Positions 1-7,808 of a stretch of 34,259 bases of DNA are shown here, piece by piece. The notes below the pieces were generated by a model that made no database searches, was not told the DNA's origin, and worked only from the letters and a program-made list of their open reading frames with translations. Each line of letters opens with the position of its first letter. Position 1 is the first letter of the stretch. The stretch is from Thermoproteota archaeon (lineage in GTDB: Archaea > Korarchaeota > Korarchaeia > B14-G2), in assembly GCA_037917675.1 (NCBI GenBank), contig JAVCBW010000009.1:1-34259 (forward strand), given 5' to 3'. The position numbers and the translations under genes are program-made.

Positions 1-630
1 TTAAGAGAGCTAGCAGATCTCAGGTATAGATCCGAGCAGCACGACAGGAAGTTCAATGAGATCCTCGGCAGGCTAGACGAGCACGACAGGAAGTTCAATG
101 AGATCCTCGGCAGGCTAGATGAGCACGACAGGAAGTTCAATGAGATCCTCGGCAGGCTAGATGAGCACGACAGGAAGTTCAACGAGGTGATTTCTGAGCT
201 CAGAGAGCTTCACAGGGAGGTATCTGAGATAAGAGCTTATGTAGAGAGGACATCACTGACCCTAGAGGAGGAGGCTAGAGAAGTCTTAGAGTATAGGCTT
301 CACAGAGAAGGGATTCAAGTCAAGCTTAAGCCACTCATCAAGCCTGATCTAGAGGTAAACATCTATGGGGCCACGGGAGACCTATGTGTAGTAGGTGAGG
401 TCTCTACAAGAGCTGGCATCAGGGTAGTAAGAGCATTAGACAGGAAAATAGCTACACTCCAGAGGAGGCACCCAGAACTCTTAAAGCCTAAAGTCATCAA
501 GGTGCTATACGTCCTCTGGGCTAGTGAGGAAGCCATCAAAGAAGCAGAGCAGAGAGGCATATGGGTGGTAAAAACCACATCAAACCTAACACAGCTCAAA
601 ATCGTAGAGCAAAATAGCATGGAAGCCTAA
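1..630 (+). CDS. 5'-truncated archaeal coiled-coil repeat protein with degenerate C-terminal PD-(D/E)xK-like domain (PaREP/DUF3782-like)
   Basis: Frame is open from base 1: LRELADLRYRSEQ(HDRKFNEILGRLDE)x3 HDRKFNEVISEL...; C-terminus LEVNIYG..CVVGEVS..KVIKVLYV..EEAIKEAEQRGIWV resembles the restriction-endonuclease-fold tail of archaeal coiled-coil repeat proteins. Confidence 0.7.
   Translation, partial: LRELADLRYRSEQHDRKFNEILGRLDEHDRKFNEILGRLDEHDRKFNEILGRLDEHDRKFNEVISELRELHREVSEIRAYVERTSLTLEEEAREVLEYRLHREGIQVKLKPLIKPDLEVNIYGATGDLCVVGEVSTRAGIRVVRALDRKIATLQRRHPELLKPKVIKVLYVLWASEEAIKEAEQRGIWVVKTTSNLTQLKIVEQNSMEA
40..186 (+). repeat. In-frame 42-bp tandem repeat, 3.5 copies (HDRKFNEILGRLDE)
   Basis: Units start at 40, 82, 124 and 166 and differ only at synonymous gac/gat and aat/aac positions. 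Confidence 0.95.
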
Positions 631-809
631 CCCCATGTTACATGGCATGTATAGCTATAGCTTGAGAAAGTTCGGCTGGTGGTAGAGGTGAAGCTAGCTT
701 GCTAGCTGTAGCCGAGTTGAGGGTATGAAGATTGCTGCTGGGCATATTCTTAGAGGCGGAACTTGGTAGAGTAGGCTGTGAATGCTGCTCTGCTTTGTGT
801 TAGGTGGCG

Positions 810-1244
810 TCATGGGAGTGTTGGTGCTACTGCCTTTGCTGCTAGATATGCTGATGCTGCTGTGAATGCTGTTAGCATCAGCTTGTCTGCTAGGCCTCCT
901 GTCTTCAGTGGGCCCTTTAGCCTCTGCTTTGATAGCGGCCATAGCCATGCTACGCCTGTTTTGGTGAGTGAGTCTAGTATGAAGTGGGATAGCACGGCCA
1001 TGGTGGTGTAGAAGGTGTATGCTGGCGTGATCTCGTGGAGGACGTAGGCTGATGCAAGGAGGAACCAGATGTTGTGGAATGTCTTCCTATGTGATATTCC
1101 GGGTAGTGGTGAGAGGATGAGGTCTAGGTCTGGTAGCATTGCTGCAATTGCCACTAGCCCAAGTGAGAAGAGCGCCTGCGGATCCCTTGGGTAGAGCCAT
1201 ATGACTAAGAGTATTGCGAAGGCTACGTGCGTCTTTCTGCTCAT
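810..1244 (-). CDS. Membrane-bound metal-dependent hydrolase (YdjM-like)
   Basis: Motifs KTH, AMLPDLD, HRKTFHN, SHFILDSLTKTGV and WLWP; likely start ATG 1244 (MSRKTH). Confidence 0.88.
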   Translation of the reverse strand: MSRKTHVAFAILLVIWLYPRDPQALFSLGLVAIAAMLPDLDLILSPLPGISHRKTFHNIWFLLASAYVLHEITPAYTFYTTMAVLSHFILDSLTKTGVAWLWPLSKQRLKGPLKTGGLADKLMLTAFTAASAYLAAKAVAPTLP

Positions 1245-1765
1245 AGGTAGGTAAGCTTCTAGATGCATAATAAGGCTTACTATAGCAGCTTAAGGATTAG
1301 CTTTAGGTCTCTGAGTATGTGTAGAGTTGCCTCCTGTACTCGATTCGCTGGTGCATCTGGTGGTGATGTAGTATTCTGCTGCGTCTCATGGGTTATGTAG
1401 GCTTTCTGAGCTGTGCTAAGCTTTATCTAGATGCTCGCTTGCTGTAGCCTACCTCTCTGGAGGCTTCTCTTGGTTTTCAGTCTATGCTTAGTGTGAGCTC
1501 CTCTAGTTAGCTCTTGCAGCTTCTAGTCCATGTAGCTTATTGGCAGCTATGGAGCTCGTTTTCTTTAGCGATGTAGCATGCTGATATTATAGCTGCTGGA
1601 TGTATTGACGTGTTACAGTGCTTACACATGTGCTCCATGAGCTTGCTGCATGTTAGGCTGTATGCTAGCTTGATTATGCTGCTTGGAGGAGGCTGAACCT
1701 AGCTGCTGGCTGCTGTGTTGTCTGCTAGCAGTATGCTATCCTCTGGTAGGCTTAGCTTCTGCTGG

Positions 1766-1800
1766 TATATAGGTTTACGTCTGTAGGGCTGTTGGAGGTG
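1766..1800 (+). promoter_or_regulatory. Putative TATA box and RBS of the pilus operon
   Basis: TATATA at 1766-1771; GGAGGTG at 1794-1800, 6 nt before GTG 1807. Confidence 0.45.
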
Positions 1801-1806
1801 ACTGAT

Positions 1807-2205
1807 GTGAGGAGTGGGATCAGTACTCTGGTTGTGACTGTTGTTTTGATGGTGGTGGGTGTGGCTGGGGCTCTGCTGGCCTATGGTGTGCTGAGGGGGC
1901 AGATAAGGCTTGCAGGGAGGAAGATGGCTGGTGTAGCTAGCGCAGCTCAAGTGGAGATCATAGGGCTTGACTCAAATGGGAATATTGTGGTGAAGAACAC
2001 TGGGACTACTGTGATACCTGATGGGAACTGGGAGGTTGTGGTTGATGGGCAGGTCGTAAACCAGGTTACTAGCCTAGGTAGGCTGGAGCCAGGTGAGACT
2101 CTAGGTTTAAGCCCAGGGGCCTTCACGTTCCAGGAGGGCATAACCTATGTTATAGAGGTTAGTGGGCCAGCTGGCGCGACAGCACAGTACGTCTATAGCC
2201 CATAG
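1807..2205 (+). CDS. Archaeal type IV pilin (probable major pilin)
   Basis: Class III signal MRSG|ISTLVVTVVLMVVGVAGALLAY; globular domain with VKNTG and LEPGET motifs typical of archaeal pilins; RBS supports GTG 1807. Confidence 0.88.
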   Translation: MRSGISTLVVTVVLMVVGVAGALLAYGVLRGQIRLAGRKMAGVASAAQVEIIGLDSNGNIVVKNTGTTVIPDGNWEVVVDGQVVNQVTSLGRLEPGETLGLSPGAFTFQEGITYVIEVSGPAGATAQYVYSP

Positions 2206-2215
2206 TGGTGCCATA

Positions 2216-2587
2216 ATGCAGACTACTGCCATAGTTGTCGCGCTGATGCTCTTGAGTGTAGCCTTAGCTGCAGCTCTCAGCCAGCCTATGAGGCTGATGG
2301 TAGCTAGGGTAGCTAAGTCTTCAACTAGGGTAGCTGCCAGAGTAGAGATAGCAGCATTCAGCCCAGATGGCCAGGTTACAGCCAGGAACCTAGGGCCTGA
2401 CACCATACCAGCTGGCACATGGCATGTCATCATAGATACAGAGGTCAGAGGTGAGGCTAGGCTCCAGGAGCTCAAGCCAGGAGAAGCAGTGACACTAGGC
2501 TTCCAGCCAGTAGACCCAACTACATCACACTTTGTTGAAGTCAGTGGGCCAGCTGGAGTCACTGGGCAAGCAGGCTGGACACCCTGA
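2216..2587 (+). CDS. Type IV pilin paralog (tandem duplicate of 1807-2205)
   Basis: Aligns with the upstream pilin (VEI..G.V..RNLG..IP.G.W.VIID..L.PGE..VEVSGPAG); hydrophobic N-terminal helix; ATG 2216 follows GGTG. Confidence 0.8.
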   Translation: MQTTAIVVALMLLSVALAAALSQPMRLMVARVAKSSTRVAARVEIAAFSPDGQVTARNLGPDTIPAGTWHVIIDTEVRGEARLQELKPGEAVTLGFQPVDPTTSHFVEVSGPAGVTGQAGWTP

Positions 2588-2666
2588 TGAAGGCATGGAG
2601 CAGCCTAGCTCCAGGGGGCAGAGCCCCGAAGCTGGGGCGCCCACCTGCTAGGGTGGTTGCTTGGAT

Positions 2667-3095
2667 ATGCGTGGAGCTGTGGGGCTGGCGATCCTGCTAG
2701 CTGCAGGCATAGCTGCTGCAGCATCGCTAGCTGGAGGCTTAGCTGAGAGGCTCTTCTCAGAGAAGCCTGACCTCACGAGCTTGGTGGCAGGAGACGTGGA
2801 CTCAAGCTGGGAGGCGATCCTAGCTAGCCTAAGTGACCCTAAGGTCAGGGAGTTCACATCGAGGCATCCTCAGGCAGAGTGCTTCCCTCATCCTCTGAAC
2901 TCGACGGAGCTCCAAGCCCTTAGGGAAGCCTACCCTGAAGTAGACTGGCCTCCCATCGTCTGGCAGGTGTTCTGGGACTCCTGGAGCCTCCAGCAGCTAG
3001 AGAGCAGCTATCCCAGTATACCACCTCACCCATACCTTGTAGCCTATGTTTCAGCAGGTGGTGAAGTCCTGTTGGTGGAGGAGCATGAGAGGTGA
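2667..3095 (+). CDS. Pilin-like / membrane-anchored hypothetical protein
   Basis: MRG|AVGLAILLAAGIAAAA class III-like N-terminus; lies inside the operon. Confidence 0.6.
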   Translation: MRGAVGLAILLAAGIAAAASLAGGLAERLFSEKPDLTSLVAGDVDSSWEAILASLSDPKVREFTSRHPQAECFPHPLNSTELQALREAYPEVDWPPIVWQVFWDSWSLQQLESSYPSIPPHPYLVAYVSAGGEVLLVEEHER

Positions 3096-3099
3096 GACT

Positions 3100-3900
3100 A
3101 TGCTTAGGAGAGGCTATGGAGTCGTTCTTACACTAGGCCTCCTAGCTACTCTAGCCATTGCAGCAGCTATCCTCACCTTAGTGCCCTCTGCCTCTAGGAG
3201 CGAGCCAGCAATATATGAGGGCTTCAGAGACGCAACACTCCAGCTTAAGCAAGCTGTCGAGGAGGCAGCTGGCAGCCAGGGGACAGTCATAGAAGCAGAG
3301 GAGGCGCTCAGGCAGACATGTCAAGCTGTGAACCAGACTCTAGTAGAGAGAGGGATGAAGCTTGAGGTTTTAGAGCTGAGTGTAGCAGGCCCAGCTAGGA
3401 CCATAACACTAGCTTACAGAGTGTGGTGTGGTGGAAGCTTCCTCCAGAGCACCCTACAGGCAGCTGGCTCAGGCTCTCTAGAGAGGCCTCTAGAGCTCTC
3501 GCTGACACCAGCATGGGCAAACTGGACATATAAGCTTGCAGGAGACACCATACTAGTTACACTACCATCTGGAGCTAAGGCATATGTCCTAGTGGGATAT
3601 GTGCTCCAGAACCTTGGAGCTGACACGCTAGCTGTCCTCCATGCTGACCCAGATGCTGTGTGGATAGAGGTAGACGGCTTCAGGTATGGGAGCCAGGAGG
3701 CATCAACATGGCTATCAGAAGGCGAGTCTAAGGAGGTAGTGGTCCTATGGCTTGTATCCCCAAGCTTGAGGTCAAGCATGCTTCAAGCATGGCCTGAGGG
3801 ATCAGCTCTAGCTGACACTGCCCTCGCCTTATGGGAGAGGCAGCTTAGGCAGCTGGCAGGAGAAGCTAGCCTGAGAGGTGAGCTGGAGGTGAGTGGTTGA
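3100..3900 (+). CDS. Minor pilin-like protein with extra C-terminal beta domain
   Basis: GAGGTG RBS then ATG 3100; MLRRG|YGVVLTLGLLATLAIAAAIL class III signal; helix then beta-rich domain (LQNLG motif). Confidence 0.7.
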   Translation: MLRRGYGVVLTLGLLATLAIAAAILTLVPSASRSEPAIYEGFRDATLQLKQAVEEAAGSQGTVIEAEEALRQTCQAVNQTLVERGMKLEVLELSVAGPARTITLAYRVWCGGSFLQSTLQAAGSGSLERPLELSLTPAWANWTYKLAGDTILVTLPSGAKAYVLVGYVLQNLGADTLAVLHADPDAVWIEVDGFRYGSQEASTWLSEGESKEVVVLWLVSPSLRSSMLQAWPEGSALADTALALWERQLRQLAGEASLRGELEVSG

Positions 3901-5483
3901 AGGCGAGGCTCTCAGGGATGCTAGCTCTGATGGCAGCAATCACGCTCACAATAGTGCCACTGCAGCATGCATACACCCTACCTGGGCTGCCTCCAGGCTA
4001 CAGAAGCATGCCACAGCCAGACCCTGGGACACAGGAGTGGCTTGAAGAGAACTATCGCAGCATCATTCCTGCTTTTCCTGCCAGTGATTACTGGCTACAG
4101 CCTCCTCCGCCAGGTGGCTGTGGTGTCCTTATAGTGCAGGCAGTGTCATCTCAGAAGCTACCATACTGCTTCTGGCATGTAGTCCTAGAGAAATATGATC
4201 CATGCATAGGCTGGTATACTCAAGAGATGACGGCTAAGACAGATGGGAGGAGCCTACCGAAGCCAGAGACGTGGCAGGAGGCAGCTCCAGCAGCTACTCT
4301 GACCCCCACAGTCACTATGACGAGGACTAGAGTCGTCAGGAAGACTATTGAGGAGACAGCTTGGTCCACGAGCACAGCTAGAGCTACGAGAGCTGTGAGA
4401 GCTACCATAGCTAAGACTGTAAGGACTACTGAGACACCACCTATACCGCCATCACCAGCCCCAAGGCTAGTCGATCTCTCATCTAGGTGCTGGGGCATGG
4501 AGGAGTGGCTCCTAGAGGCCACATCTGACATCTATAACGCGACTCTCAGGCTGGAGGTCAGTGGAGTAGAGTTGGAGTCAGGGAGGCAGCCTCCCTACGC
4601 TAGGAGCATAGAAGCCTACCTAGATGGGTATCCAATCCTACACATATACGCTAGGCAGCAAGTAGATAGGTGGGCTGAGGGCACAAGGAGGTGCATCAAG
4701 CTCACCTTAACCTACCATGCCATGGAGTATGGCAAGGACTCTAGTAGTAGGGTTGTAGCGAGGTATGTGGTTGAGGGGTGGGTTGATGAGCAGGCTAAGA
4801 GAGGGCATATCGAAGCTTGGAGAGAGGGCTCCATAGAGGGCGTATATGAGGCAACGCTGGGGAGCATAGCCAGGGGCCTCCATAGGCTCAGCTTCAGAGT
4901 CACAGGGCTATACTGGGAGCTCCCGGAAGGATGGGAGGACCTGACTGGAGGCCAGGAGTATGTCTATGGGAGGAAGATAGCTAAGGCTGATATCAGCTTC
5001 AAGCTGACTGGAGCATGGGTCCAGGAGCCAAAGCTGGAGAGGCTGGGGAGCTATGGCACAAGCCTCAGAGGAGAGGAGTGGATAAGAGAGGGGTGGCCTC
5101 TCAAGTATGGGGTCAAGAAGACCTTAAGCTATAGGCTCACTAGGAAGGTCATATACCTTGGAGAGGACACTGAGAAGAGCATTGAGAGAAAGAAGGTGGT
5201 TGAAGCCAGAGCTGAGAGGAGGTATCTTGGGAAGGAGGTGGAGGTCAGGAGGGATGAGAGCATCACAGTCAGGAGATACTATGACTCTCAGAGAAGACGC
5301 TGGATAGTCGAGTACACGAAGACCACTAGGATAACGAGGATAGTGACCCACAGGTGGCTGAAGCTAGTGACTGAGGTCACAACCTGGCATATAACAGTCT
5401 ACATCACGACGCTAGAGCGCTACAGAGTCTTGTGGAAGTGGGTTCCACGAGTCGAGGAGAGGTTCTGCTGGGGGGGTGGGTAG
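3897..5483 (+). CDS. Secreted hypothetical protein with Thr-rich stalk, Ig-like domain and very long predicted beta-hairpin
   Basis: N-terminal signal peptide (MKARLSGMLALMAAITLTIVPLQHA); TVTMTRT.. Thr-rich tract; Pro-free, beta-residue-rich ~110 aa C-terminal segment; overlaps both neighbours. Confidence 0.75.
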   Translation: MKARLSGMLALMAAITLTIVPLQHAYTLPGLPPGYRSMPQPDPGTQEWLEENYRSIIPAFPASDYWLQPPPPGGCGVLIVQAVSSQKLPYCFWHVVLEKYDPCIGWYTQEMTAKTDGRSLPKPETWQEAAPAATLTPTVTMTRTRVVRKTIEETAWSTSTARATRAVRATIAKTVRTTETPPIPPSPAPRLVDLSSRCWGMEEWLLEATSDIYNATLRLEVSGVELESGRQPPYARSIEAYLDGYPILHIYARQQVDRWAEGTRRCIKLTLTYHAMEYGKDSSSRVVARYVVEGWVDEQAKRGHIEAWREGSIEGVYEATLGSIARGLHRLSFRVTGLYWELPEGWEDLTGGQEYVYGRKIAKADISFKLTGAWVQEPKLERLGSYGTSLRGEEWIREGWPLKYGVKKTLSYRLTRKVIYLGEDTEKSIERKKVVEARAERRYLGKEVEVRRDESITVRRYYDSQRRRWIVEYTKTTRITRIVTHRWLKLVTEVTTWHITVYITTLERYRVLWKWVPRVEERFCWGGG

Positions 5484-7278
5484 CATGAAGCCTGGGAGAA
5501 AGCTAGGGCTCATGCTATGGGTGCCTGCCCTCCTCACCCCCACATTTTTTATGCTCACTGAGCTCACATTCACATGGAGCCAGCCTTGGGCTTCAGCCTC
5601 AGGTCTAGACCTCTATACCTGGTGGCTTGTAGACATATACCCAAATTGGACCATCAGGTATAGAGTCACATATCAGCTAGCAAGGTTCAACCTGAGAACT
5701 GGAAGCTACGCTCCAGCCCTAGAGCATGGTGAGCTTCTCGCAGAGGAGGCATCTAGGATCCTAGAGCTCCTCAAGATGGGTAAGTGGAGGGAGCTAGCTG
5801 AGCTCTATGAGCCAGTGTGGAGCGAGGGAGACTGGAGCAGCCCAGGATACGTGAGGCAGAGGGTGCTCAGAGCTATCTCAGCCTACCTGATGTCTATGGG
5901 GGCTGCCCCAATGTACTATACCTCAGCCTTCACTAGGCCTAGAGCCTCAGCTAGCGAGCACACCTGGCGCGCTCACATGGAGGTTGAGGAAGTTAAAGGC
6001 ATATACGTGGACAGGAGCTATCTCGAGAGGCACGTGCGCTTCAATGAAGCCTCAGTGAGCTCTGAGAACGCCTCCTTCACCCTAGACTGCAGCTTCTACA
6101 TCTATGCCTCACCATACTTCCCATACATGAGGAGGTATGTGGAAGGAGCTCCTGGATCTATGGGGGTAAGCAGTCAGGCAGAGGCTACAGTGTTCTCTCT
6201 GTGGCTTCTCCACCCAGATGGTAGAGCCTCGCCAATAGAGGGGCCTATACACCACCTTGAACTCAGGCTGCATGGAGGCTTGAAGCTAGTGGAGTATAGG
6301 CTCTCCTGGATATACCCCTGGTCATTCAGGATGCTACCTAGCCAGCCTACTGGAGAGCCAGATGAGGGTGAGCTGGCTACGCAGCAGGAGTGCTGGCTTC
6401 TGTTCTCACCTAGCTACATCAAGCCAGAGGAGCCCACTAGGCTGGAGCTGAGTGTGTGGAGAGCTGAAGCTACAGGGTGGAGCCTCACCATAGATCCTAG
6501 AGGGAGAGGCTGGGGGGTTGTGCTAGCTACAGTAGGAGCATGGGGCAGGGTCTATGCTTCACCTAATGCAGTAGAGGTCGCCATAAGGTTCCCTTGGGCA
6601 CCAGGGTGGCTTGAACCACTCAACATCCTAAATGAGGAGTGGGCTCTAGGCTTTAAGGCTATAGCTGGAGCCGGAGACACTGAGGCCCTGAGGCTCCTAA
6701 AAGAGACCCTAAAGCTAGCTGAGAACGCTACGAGCAGAGTGCTCCTCGGAGGCCCGCTCAGAAACCCTGGGTCAGCTCAGCTCCTCGAGAAGACACGTCG
6801 CCTCTGCACTGAGATCATAGAGTACAGGCTAGACGAGAGGGAGGTGGAGCTCATCCTGCCCCTATGGGACACGTCTTTCAGAACTGACTTCAGGAGGAGA
6901 GGGCACCTGCATAGAGACTACTGCCTGATAGCTCTCACTGGAGAGTACACTTGCCCTCACGCCATGACAGATAGGCTGCCATCTCAAGCTGAAGTGCTGC
7001 TCTTAGCCTACACCCTGGGCTTCCAGAGCTGCTACAGGCGCACCCTCCTCATATGGGGGAACACAAGATATGGCACACTAGCAGGAGTGTTCTGGCTCAG
7101 CCAGAGGCCATGGAGACACATCAGCTTCCCAGCCTCTATCATAGTCCTAGAGTGGACTGACCTAAACGAGAATAGCATTCCAGATGAAGCAGACAGGTAT
7201 AGGGTGGTATACCCTAGCATCATGTGTGAGCTTGAAGCTGGCAGGTGGGCTAGCAGCCTGCTGAGAGAAGGTGGCTGA
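5476..7278 (+). CDS. Exported protein with C-terminal S-layer-type domain
   Basis: N-terminal hydrophobic segment; C-terminal DYCLI...LLIWGNTRYGTLAG...IIVLEWTDLNENSIPDEAD resembles the G-x-[TD]-R-x-GT-x-A module of Thermococcales/Methanococcales S-layer-associated proteins. Confidence 0.6.
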   Translation: MGSMKPGRKLGLMLWVPALLTPTFFMLTELTFTWSQPWASASGLDLYTWWLVDIYPNWTIRYRVTYQLARFNLRTGSYAPALEHGELLAEEASRILELLKMGKWRELAELYEPVWSEGDWSSPGYVRQRVLRAISAYLMSMGAAPMYYTSAFTRPRASASEHTWRAHMEVEEVKGIYVDRSYLERHVRFNEASVSSENASFTLDCSFYIYASPYFPYMRRYVEGAPGSMGVSSQAEATVFSLWLLHPDGRASPIEGPIHHLELRLHGGLKLVEYRLSWIYPWSFRMLPSQPTGEPDEGELATQQECWLLFSPSYIKPEEPTRLELSVWRAEATGWSLTIDPRGRGWGVVLATVGAWGRVYASPNAVEVAIRFPWAPGWLEPLNILNEEWALGFKAIAGAGDTEALRLLKETLKLAENATSRVLLGGPLRNPGSAQLLEKTRRLCTEIIEYRLDEREVELILPLWDTSFRTDFRRRGHLHRDYCLIALTGEYTCPHAMTDRLPSQAEVLLLAYTLGFQSCYRRTLLIWGNTRYGTLAGVFWLSQRPWRHISFPASIIVLEWTDLNENSIPDEADRYRVVYPSIMCELEAGRWASSLLREGG

Positions 7279-7295
7279 GCTGGAGGTGAGGGTGA

Positions 7296-7808
7296 GTGGA
7301 GTCTATTGCAGCTGAGGGCATGCTGCTCCTGGTAGCAGTAGGGGCTCTGGTAGCAGCCGTCAAGCTATATGCTCCCATAGTCTCCTCGAGAATACAGGAG
7401 GTGAGGCTCAGGGAAGCTGAGAGCCTGAGCCTAGAGCTCCAGCAGATGCTTGAGGCTGCCATAAAGCAGGGCCCTAACACAACAGTCTACATGTCTCTTG
7501 CCCTCCCAGAGGGATGCATCCTAGTAGGGAACTCAACAGCACTGAAGCTCATCTTGCTCAAGCCTCCTAGGTATGAGGATGCCACCTTGCTGTACAGGAG
7601 TGAGCTGACTGAGCTCTGGGTTGAGCCTCATGGCACCTTCCTTGCTTTCGCTGTGAAGCTCTCTCCTGAGCTGGTGGGGGAGGGCTGGAGCCTGAGCTTC
7701 AGCCCTCTACCTGGCATCAGTGGCCCATGCCTCTCTAGAGCTGGAGGCTCTCTTGAGGCTTGGGCTAGGAGCCTAGGTCAGGTGGTGGAGGTTGGCTGGG
7801 GCAGCTAG
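7296..7808 (+). CDS. Minor pilin-like protein
   Basis: SIAAEGMLLLVAVGALVAA hydrophobic helix with early Glu, long helix, then QGPNTTVYMSLALPEG.I.V, a pattern typical of archaeal minor pilins. Confidence 0.65.
   Translation: MESIAAEGMLLLVAVGALVAAVKLYAPIVSSRIQEVRLREAESLSLELQQMLEAAIKQGPNTTVYMSLALPEGCILVGNSTALKLILLKPPRYEDATLLYRSELTELWVEPHGTFLAFAVKLSPELVGEGWSLSFSPLPGISGPCLSRAGGSLEAWARSLGQVVEVGWGS

Noticed and set aside
40-186. Possible CRISPR array
   Set aside because: Units are contiguous with no unique spacers and are in-frame coding repeats.
1270-1760. About 500-bp ORF-free region as ncRNA or pseudogene
   Set aside because: No recognisable protein motif, repeat or strong GC-rich structure found by eye.
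2584-2640. Hammerhead ribozyme or C/D box RNA suggested by CTGATGA followed by an AGGC/GCCT stem
   Set aside because: No GAAA after the putative stem II and no properly placed CTGA D box.
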